IMG/VR virus record: IMGVR_UViG_3300021364_003460
Span: 96,001 to 160,000 of that record
From: a virus
Length of the DNA: 64,000 nt
Direction: 5' to 3' (one strand)
Below, piece by piece: positions 25,647 through 32,226 of the stretch. Positions within the stretch are counted from its first letter, which is position 1; each line of letters opens with the position of its first letter. A model generated the notes under the pieces. That model ran no database searches. It was not told where the DNA came from and saw only the letters and a list, made by a program, of their open reading frames with translations. The position numbers and the translations under genes were made by a program.

Positions 25647-26366
25647 ATGAATAACAAACCTAATGGCTTTATCTTATATGAAGGAGCCTCTACTTTTGAT
25701 GGCAGCCCCATTGTAGTTATAGTAACTGGGTATAAAACTCCTAGTGCTAACCCTAAAACTGGAGATATGTTACAAACGTGGATTATCAAATCAGATGACT
25801 TTCCTAGTAATGCTATTAAAAAAGGTAGTGATAGTTCAATTTGTGGTAGCTGTTCTCTTAGAGGTAAAATATGTTATGTCTACATGGCTCCAGTCAACAA
25901 TATATGGAGAAACTATAAAGAAGGGTGTTACCCTAAAGTAAATGATAAGATACTACAGAGGATTAAGAGAAGAAGGCGTTTAGTACGCTTAGGAAGCTAT
26001 GGCGACCCCTGTGCAGTACCTTTAGAAGTATAGCAGCCTCTTATTAAAGCTGGTGCTGGTTACACTGGTTATACTCATGCTTGGCAGTATACTGACCAAA
26101 GGTGGAAACAATACTTGATGGCTTCTGTTGAATCTACTACACTAATGGAGAAAGCGCATGACTTAGGTTGGAGAACCTTTAGAATAATAGAGTCTACTGA
26201 TGAGTTAACTGATAAAGAAACGATGTGTAAGAATTGGTTAGATGAGGATATTAAGTGTGAGGACTGCAAGCTATGTAATGGTAAAAGTAATAAACCAAGC
26301 ATAGCTAATGTAGTACATGGTGTTAAATGGAAAGTAAATAACTATAAAGAGTTAGTATTAAATTAA
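25647..26366 (+). pseudogene. gp88-like (degenerate radical-SAM-like) phage protein interrupted by one amber codon
   Basis: ORFs 25647-26033 and 26115-26366 are in the same frame: GSYGDPCAVPLEV*QPLIKAGAGYTGYTHAWQ...LMASVES. The TAG at 26031-26033 falls where Trp (TGG) is expected. Motifs: CGSCSLR...CYV, TGYTHxW, C...C..CKLC. Confidence 0.7.
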
Positions 26367-26430
26367 CCTACCAATTATAAGTAAACTTAAATTATAAATA
26401 CTTGCAATTACATTTACCATTGAGGAGATA

Positions 26431-26811
26431 ATGGCAAAGTTGCAGGTATATAATTCTCCTACAGACTTTTATGAATATGATTTAGAAGATAAATCTATAG
26501 TAACAGTAGGTAGGTCTTCTAACACTAATATAATTATACAAAGTAATTATGTTAGTAGAAGTCACTGTTCTTTTATCTTATTAGAGAAAGAAGAAGTGGC
26601 AGATAAGTTTTATTGGGTAATTAAAGATAATAGTAGCAGTAACGGTACTTGGGTTAACAATAACAAAGTAATAGTTTGCACTTTAAACAATGCAGATACT
26701 ATTACTTTTATGGGTAACTCCACATTTCCTAAAATAGTCTATATAGTTGAAGCTGAATTAGACACAGAAAGTAAAGAAACAGGAGCTTATGAGTATGCTG
26801 AGGCGTGGTAA
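26431..26811 (+). CDS. FHA domain protein
   Basis: VTVGRS, VSRSHC and SSNGTWVN are the canonical GR, SRxH and NGT phosphothreonine-binding motifs; GAGGAG Shine-Dalgarno. Confidence 0.9.
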   Translation: MAKLQVYNSPTDFYEYDLEDKSIVTVGRSSNTNIIIQSNYVSRSHCSFILLEKEEVADKFYWVIKDNSSSNGTWVNNNKVIVCTLNNADTITFMGNSTFPKIVYIVEAELDTESKETGAYEYAEAW

Positions 26812-27361
26812 CTTAATTCTATTGTGGGGATTAGTAGCCAGCATCTCAGGTTACTTTGTCCTCAACTTTCTTATTAAAAGTGTCAGTGATAGGATAGCTT
26901 TAATATCTTTTATCTTTAGTTTAGGGGCTACTATCTATGGGCTAATAGAACAAAGGAAAACAGATAACTTTAAAACTCTAAAAGAAACTAAAGATTCTAT
27001 CTTATTAGAAGTAGATGACTTAAAACAGTATACTTTAAATCAGGTTAAAGAAATAAAACATGAATCTGAAAAGAATGATACTAGACATGACAACGCTATT
27101 ATTCTGTTAACTCAACAAATAAACGCTCTTAAGATAAGGTTTGAACATCATATAGAAGAAGCTGGTCACTTATATACTACTAAGGAGTTACTTAAGTTAA
27201 AAGAACAAATAGAGTATATTAAAGCTATAGTTAATGTTCAGACTAAGTACGCTGATGTACATTTAAAATTACTTAAATTAGAGAAAATGCTTAGGGTGAC
27301 TAAAGATTATAGAAAGGTAGATTCAGAAAAGTTAAGTAAAGAAATTCACGATACTCCTTAA
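26789..27361 (+). CDS. membrane protein with two N-terminal TM helices and a coiled coil
   Basis: LILLWGLVASISGYFVLNFLI and IALISFIFSLGATIYGLI; overlaps the FHA gene. Confidence 0.7.
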   Translation: MSMLRRGNLILLWGLVASISGYFVLNFLIKSVSDRIALISFIFSLGATIYGLIEQRKTDNFKTLKETKDSILLEVDDLKQYTLNQVKEIKHESEKNDTRHDNAIILLTQQINALKIRFEHHIEEAGHLYTTKELLKLKEQIEYIKAIVNVQTKYADVHLKLLKLEKMLRVTKDYRKVDSEKLSKEIHDTP

Positions 27362-27362
27362 T

Positions 27363-27584
27363 ATGGTTAAAACTGCTGAACAAAGACACCACAATCAAAG
27401 ACTATTAAATAAGTATAGTAAGCTAGTTAGTAAAAGAAGAAAAGAATGGTTGACTTTAGGTAGAGTGTTCAAGCAAGACCCTTTTGATTGTGGTAATCCT
27501 AAGTGTGTAGTTTGTGGTAAAAATACTAAAGGTAAGAATAAAACTAAAGAGAAGTATAAGTTAGATAGTTACTATTATGAGTAG
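27363..27584 (+). CDS. small basic Cys-containing phage protein (73 aa)
   Basis: RHH...PFDCGNPKCVVCG motif; coupled to neighbours. Confidence 0.65.
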   Translation: MVKTAEQRHHNQRLLNKYSKLVSKRRKEWLTLGRVFKQDPFDCGNPKCVVCGKNTKGKNKTKEKYKLDSYYYE

Positions 27585-27843
27585 AACTTACAGACATAGA
27601 GAGCTAAATAAGTTTATAACTAATAGTTACAATACTAGAAGATACCATTACTTAAGAAGACCTAAAACTAAAAATGAGATTACTCAATTACAAAAAGCTG
27701 TAGATGAGATAACAGAAGAGGGATTTAGTGTAAACAATAGAACCCTTGCTAGAAGTAATCCTGGTAGTAGTTTAATAGTAAATGCCTGGGATGATATAGT
27801 TATAGCTGCTTTGAGTGAAGTTGATTTTGTAAAAGAAAATTAA
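27577..27843 (+). CDS. small basic phage protein (88 aa)
   Basis: MSRTYR...RRPKT..E...AWDDI pattern; ATGAGTAG overlap with the previous gene. Confidence 0.65.
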   Translation: MSRTYRHRELNKFITNSYNTRRYHYLRRPKTKNEITQLQKAVDEITEEGFSVNNRTLARSNPGSSLIVNAWDDIVIAALSEVDFVKEN

Positions 27844-27844
27844 T

Positions 27845-28114
27845 ATGTGGCAACCCGTAGAAACAGCTCCTAAAGATGGTACTAAAATTTTAGCTTGCTA
27901 TGTTACAGAGAATTCAGAGTACAACCCTATTACAGTAAAATGGAGATGCTATCATCCTAATGCTAAAGGAAAAGAATGTTGGAGAGATTCAATGAGTGAC
28001 AAAGTAATAGTAACTCATTGGATGCCTTTACCTAAACCCCCCTATACTTTTTTCTCCATTTTTATAAAACTCCTAAAAGCCTTATTACATAAAGGTTTCA
28101 GGGGTTTTATATAG
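27845..28114 (+). CDS. DUF551-like phage protein
   Basis: MWQPVETAPKDGTKIL...VTHWMPLPKPP; the last ~23 aa are read through a hairpin. Confidence 0.75.
   Translation: MWQPVETAPKDGTKILACYVTENSEYNPITVKWRCYHPNAKGKECWRDSMSDKVIVTHWMPLPKPPYTFFSIFIKLLKALLHKGFRGFI
28064..28110. terminator. long hairpin at the convergence of the island genes and the polymerase-like gene
   Basis: ATAAAACTCCT...AAGCCTT-loop-AAGGTTT...AGGGGTTTTAT, with G-U pairs on the + strand. Confidence 0.45.
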
Positions 28115-28158
28115 CTATTGGTGCGGTAATAATAGCACCCTAACTAACTTCCTTATAA

Positions 28159-29712
28159 TTATCTATATTCCTCTTTCTCTAGTAGAAATCCTCTCTCTTC
28201 TATCTCTATCCAGTTAACTAGTCTTTGATAACTCTTACTTTCTGAATCTTTACTCTCTATAGTTAATCCATCATAGCTGTAGGTTACTATATTCTCTTTT
28301 ATTACTTCTGCTATTAATCTTTGGATTATAGATTGTTCTCTACCTTGGCAATAGAAAGCTAATAATCTGGAAGCTACTTTAACTTTATCAAATCTACCTT
28401 CTGAACCTAACTCAACTTTGTAGTTATTTAATTCAGTTTTAAGATTAAACTTTAAACCTAATGAGTTAGTGTGAATTAGCTTAGTAGCTTTAGGCTTCTC
28501 TATTAAATCTGCTGTGTACTGATTTAACCATCCATCTCTTAAATTAAGTAAAGGTTTAAGAATACCTGTAAAACATTCCTCTACTTTAGTTTTATTAACA
28601 GCATACTCAATATTGTATTTAACTTTAGCTCTTCTACTTGCAAGGTAAGGTAGCTCTGATAACTTGGCTCCAAAACAAAATCCATAGACTATTATTTTCT
28701 TGATGTCTTTTGGTAAATCTTTAGACCCAATGTGTCCCCAAATACTATCAGTTCTTATAATGTGAGCTATCTGTTCCTTGACAACCTCAGCTCCTAATAT
28801 GTCACAGAGAACTAATAACTGGGCACACTTCAAGTCTACCTCTAAGCAGTAATTATTAGGGTCAGTAGCCTTTATAAAATATTTTCTGAATTTAGTAACC
28901 AAAGCCATTGGTCCACCTCTAGTATGCAATCTACCTGGCTTCTGAAGAAAGTAAGAGTCATGGTATTGAGGTTGATTAGTCAAAGCCATCTCATTCATAG
29001 CAAACATTAGAGATAACCTTTGGTACTTATTTAAGTTTAGATTTCTAATAAATTCCTTACCTTTAAGAGAATTAAAGAGGTCTAAATCAAATCTAAACTT
29101 AGAGTTTCTTAACTTCTGCCAAGCATCTCTAGTACATGAAGGTAAATCAGATAGTTTAATATCAGGACCGCCCCATTTAGCAGGCTTAACTCCTACATTC
29201 TTACTACTCCTCAAGAAGTCAGGAGATACTTCTTTGTACTCTAAAATATCAGACACATAATTATCTACTTTTTCCTGGAGTTCATCTATCACTTTAAACC
29301 TCCTACAGTATTCTTTGTTGTAGCCTGTATATGCAACTATACTAGATAAAGGTTCAATAGTATTTTTAGTAACAGTTCCCATATATTTTTGTAAGTTGCG
29401 GTTAGAATATTCTGCTGCTTTAAAAGGAGTCATTAAAGTAAATAGAAGTTGTACAGGTATCTGAAAATAGTCTGAAGGCTCTAGTTGTTGCTCTTTATTC
29501 TTCTTTAGCTTTAGTAATTGAACTAAGTAGGTTATTTGTTCATCTGATAACTTTATACCTATCATTTCATGGGCTACTTCAGCAACTATATAAGATGTAA
29601 ATTTAGAAGCAATATTGCTTTGATAATCTGCTATCTTTTTGATATAATTATTCATATAAGAAATATTCTGTTTTTTATTTAGTTGTAAGAAGAGAGTTGT
29701 TGTCAGAGGCAT
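28159..29712 (-). CDS. family A (Pol I/T7-like) nucleic acid polymerase-like protein without exonuclease domains
   Basis: KPGRLHT; motif A EVDLKCAQL; motif B IKKIIVYGFCFG; motif C YSYDGL. Only about 500 aa, with no Exo I-III motifs seen. Confidence 0.65.
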   Translation of the reverse strand: MPLTTTLFLQLNKKQNISYMNNYIKKIADYQSNIASKFTSYIVAEVAHEMIGIKLSDEQITYLVQLLKLKKNKEQQLEPSDYFQIPVQLLFTLMTPFKAAEYSNRNLQKYMGTVTKNTIEPLSSIVAYTGYNKEYCRRFKVIDELQEKVDNYVSDILEYKEVSPDFLRSSKNVGVKPAKWGGPDIKLSDLPSCTRDAWQKLRNSKFRFDLDLFNSLKGKEFIRNLNLNKYQRLSLMFAMNEMALTNQPQYHDSYFLQKPGRLHTRGGPMALVTKFRKYFIKATDPNNYCLEVDLKCAQLLVLCDILGAEVVKEQIAHIIRTDSIWGHIGSKDLPKDIKKIIVYGFCFGAKLSELPYLASRRAKVKYNIEYAVNKTKVEECFTGILKPLLNLRDGWLNQYTADLIEKPKATKLIHTNSLGLKFNLKTELNNYKVELGSEGRFDKVKVASRLLAFYCQGREQSIIQRLIAEVIKENIVTYSYDGLTIESKDSESKSYQRLVNWIEIEERGFLLEKEEYR

Positions 29713-29853
29713 CTCTCTTTTTAGTTTTATATAATAAGATTATACTATAAGAGTAAGTAAACTTAGTAAAGATAGATATGTATGACAACTGTATATGTAG
29801 TAACTTCTAGTGAATATAATGCTGGCTTTTAGAAAAGAGTAAGTAGATAAATT

Positions 29854-29994
29854 ATGAATGTAGAAAAACTAAAACAACATTTTAAAAACAAGAAAAATGT
29901 TAGGTTTCATGAGCACTCAGATAGGTTACTAGTTTGTTATATAACAGAGAAAGATAACACTTCAGTAGCTATAGGTTTAACTTTTTATAGGTAA
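29854..29994 (+). CDS. small hypothetical protein (46 aa; not in the ORF track)
   Basis: MNVEKLKQHFKNKKNVRFHEHSDRLLVCYITEKDNTSVAIGLTFYR*; ends 4 nt before the next ATG. Confidence 0.45.
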   Translation: MNVEKLKQHFKNKKNVRFHEHSDRLLVCYITEKDNTSVAIGLTFYR

Positions 29995-29998
29995 AAGT

Positions 29999-30631
29999 AT
30001 GACAGTAACAATTAAAGATAGCAATAATCAAGTAATAGGTACTGCTGACAGTATTAAAATTACAACAGAAAGTATTGTAGAGACTTATCAACCTGCTGAT
30101 GTAGTTAGAGATAAAGAGGGTAATTATGTCAGCAGTAAACCTATAGGTAATCCAATTTCTTTTAATGGAGAATTACTTATAAAATTCAGGTTAATTAATA
30201 CTTCTTTTATTGGAAGTAAAAATGAGGAATATAATATCCAAGCTCCTAAAGGCTTTTTTGATAGTACAGAAGAAAGCTTAATTCTTGCTAATCTTAAAAA
30301 GTGTAGATTTACTCATAGTCAAGAAGGTGTTGCACAGGGTATTTTCTTTACTAATCCTAATAGTATTATAGGAGTAATGGAATACTATTTTCCTAAACTA
30401 TATATTCATAGAAACTTTTCTGATAAAGTAATTGGGGGTTTTACTGAATCAGATTTTGATAGCCCTAGTATAGAAGTTAATAAGTTTACAGAAGTATACA
30501 AATCTTTGTTACATTTAGGAGACTCTGATAGTATTTATCTTTATGAATCAACAGATTTACATGAGTTAATGCAAATTACTAAACAAAAGTTAAATAAGTT
30601 ATTTGTAAGTTGGTTGCATAAAATAAATTAA
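29999..30631 (+). CDS. hypothetical protein (210 aa) with tail-tube-like N-terminal module
   Basis: TIKDSNNQVIGTADSIKIT...VETY...GELLIK...LKKCRF parallels the tube protein at 58962-59699. Confidence 0.55.
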   Translation: MTVTIKDSNNQVIGTADSIKITTESIVETYQPADVVRDKEGNYVSSKPIGNPISFNGELLIKFRLINTSFIGSKNEEYNIQAPKGFFDSTEESLILANLKKCRFTHSQEGVAQGIFFTNPNSIIGVMEYYFPKLYIHRNFSDKVIGGFTESDFDSPSIEVNKFTEVYKSLLHLGDSDSIYLYESTDLHELMQITKQKLNKLFVSWLHKIN

Positions 30632-30632
30632 T

Positions 30633-31139
30633 ATGGTAGAACTTAAAGACAGAAATAACAATGTTGTTGCTATATATGAAGCAGTCACTTTAAAGATAGC
30701 AGAATGTATTCCTCCTCAAAAAGCTATTCTTCTTGATACAAAGACTTATATAACTTTTAAATTACACAACTTAATTCAAAAAAGAGGATTGCCCATAGAT
30801 CCCTATGAAGGGTTTTCTATTGAGTATAAATACTCTTCAGAGTATATAATTAGGTTAATTGGCTGTAGATTCAATCAAAATAGCACCAATGAAGGAACTA
30901 CCCTTTATAAAGAAACTATAGATTTAAGTAAATATCCTAAAGAGCTCAAACCTGTATTAGCTGAGATCCACTCCCAAGGTTCACTAGGTCTATCTAAATG
31001 GTATGAAGTAGTCTACTTTGATTCAGACATTAGATACTGTTGGTGTAGCTATGCTGGTAGTGATACCTTTAAGAAAGGTGAGCAAGTGGTAGCCTGGGAG
31101 TATGTTGACAATATTGAGTTAAGTAATAAAGTAAACTAA
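30633..31139 (+). CDS. hypothetical protein (168 aa), N-terminus paralogous to the 29999 gene
   Basis: ELKDRNNNVVAIYEAVTLKI...FSIEY...LIGCRF. Confidence 0.6.
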   Translation: MVELKDRNNNVVAIYEAVTLKIAECIPPQKAILLDTKTYITFKLHNLIQKRGLPIDPYEGFSIEYKYSSEYIIRLIGCRFNQNSTNEGTTLYKETIDLSKYPKELKPVLAEIHSQGSLGLSKWYEVVYFDSDIRYCWCSYAGSDTFKKGEQVVAWEYVDNIELSNKVN

Positions 31140-31144
31140 TGTAG

Positions 31145-31152
31145 GCGATCGC
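31145..31152. repeat. HIP1 octamer GCGATCGC
   Basis: Exact palindrome, intergenic. Confidence 0.7.
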
Positions 31153-31180
31153 TAACAATCAATAAAATAAAGGAGGTTAC

Positions 31181-31672
31181 ATGACTAAACCCATTATTGG
31201 AGAAATTTACATATATAAAGATGAAGAGTATACTTACACAGAAGAATGTGATAAGTTACAGAAAACCCCTTATTCTGAACTATATGTAGAAAGAGATGAA
31301 CAGATAACTACAATACCTAATGGTAGCTATAAAAAGAAAACTGAAGTTGACTTATATAATGAACTGTTTAAGTTAACTAACTATTATTGGTATGTTGAAC
31401 CTATTACAGTTAAGACTAAAAATAATAGAAACGTTACCAGAGGTTATAGATTTAGTAGAACTTTAAATCTAGTTAACTTAGAAGGCTTCTATTGTTTAGA
31501 AGATAGTAAATGGGAATCTAAATATAAGTTAACTATTAGGTATAAAGATACTGAAGAAAGAGGATATATCTTAGAAAGTGTTAAGTCAGATAACTCTCTT
31601 GAAGAAGTTATAAATCAAACAAAAGAATACTTAGTTAACTTATACAAAGCAGACTTAAAGGAGCTTGCATGA
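31181..31672 (+). CDS. hypothetical protein (163 aa)
   Basis: AGGAGG Shine-Dalgarno; coupled to the next gene. Confidence 0.7.
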   Translation: MTKPIIGEIYIYKDEEYTYTEECDKLQKTPYSELYVERDEQITTIPNGSYKKKTEVDLYNELFKLTNYYWYVEPITVKTKNNRNVTRGYRFSRTLNLVNLEGFYCLEDSKWESKYKLTIRYKDTEERGYILESVKSDNSLEEVINQTKEYLVNLYKADLKELA

Positions 31673-31884
31673 ATTACACTAAAGAGTTTGAAGACTGGTG
31701 GACATATACCTACAAAGGAAAGTTAAACCCTACTCCTAGTTTAGAAGAAGCCTTTAAAGAGGTAGCTTATGCAGCTTGGCAACATCAGCAAACTGAAATA
31801 CAAGAAGCTAGAAATATAGCTGAAAAAGTTAGAGATGAATTAAATGAAGAAGTATCAAAATATTACAAGTTTAGTTGGGAGTAA
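31669..31884 (+). CDS. small phage protein (71 aa)
   Basis: FEDWW...AYAAWQHQQ pattern common in small phage ORFs; ATGA overlap. Confidence 0.65.
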   Translation: MNYTKEFEDWWTYTYKGKLNPTPSLEEAFKEVAYAAWQHQQTEIQEARNIAEKVRDELNEEVSKYYKFSWE

Positions 31885-31890
31885 TTAAAC

Positions 31891-32226
31891 ATGACTATAC
31901 AAAAAGGTAGCCCTCTCTACATAGCTCAAAGACAGTATAGAAAAGGGCTAAAAGAAGCAAAAAGAATTATTGAACTAGAGTTATCTCAGTTTGATGAAAA
32001 TGGAGAGTATAATAGAAAGTTTCCTCCTAGTATCTATAACAACTTATATCAGTTAACTACATTGTCAGCTAAGTTTGAAGCACTATTAGAAGTAGAGGAA
32101 GAGATAAAAAGTTCTTCTTTTGAAGTTGTTAGTAACCCTACTAATGCAATTATTGAGAAACTTAAATCTACTCAGATCCCTTTTATAGATAAAGAAGGTA
32201 ATGAATGGTATAGATTAAATCAGTAA
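31891..32226 (+). CDS. hypothetical protein (111 aa)
   Basis: Last plus-strand island gene; its stop overlaps the convergent baseplate gene. Confidence 0.65.
   Translation: MTIQKGSPLYIAQRQYRKGLKEAKRIIELELSQFDENGEYNRKFPPSIYNNLYQLTTLSAKFEALLEVEEEIKSSSFEVVSNPTNAIIEKLKSTQIPFIDKEGNEWYRLNQ

Noticed and set aside
17530-26302. ORF-track ORFs 17530-17808, 17765-18019, 22621-22815, 23551-23745, 25744-25941, 26075-26302
   Set aside because: Antisense or alternate-frame overlaps of better-supported genes, with no motifs.
26393-26400. T4-type late promoter TATAAATA
   Set aside because: Many chance copies are expected at this AT content, and it does not recur upstream of the structural genes checked.
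29782-29832. ORF MTTVYVVTSSEYNAGF* as a functional gene
   Set aside because: Only 16 codons; at most a truncated remnant of a common small phage gene.
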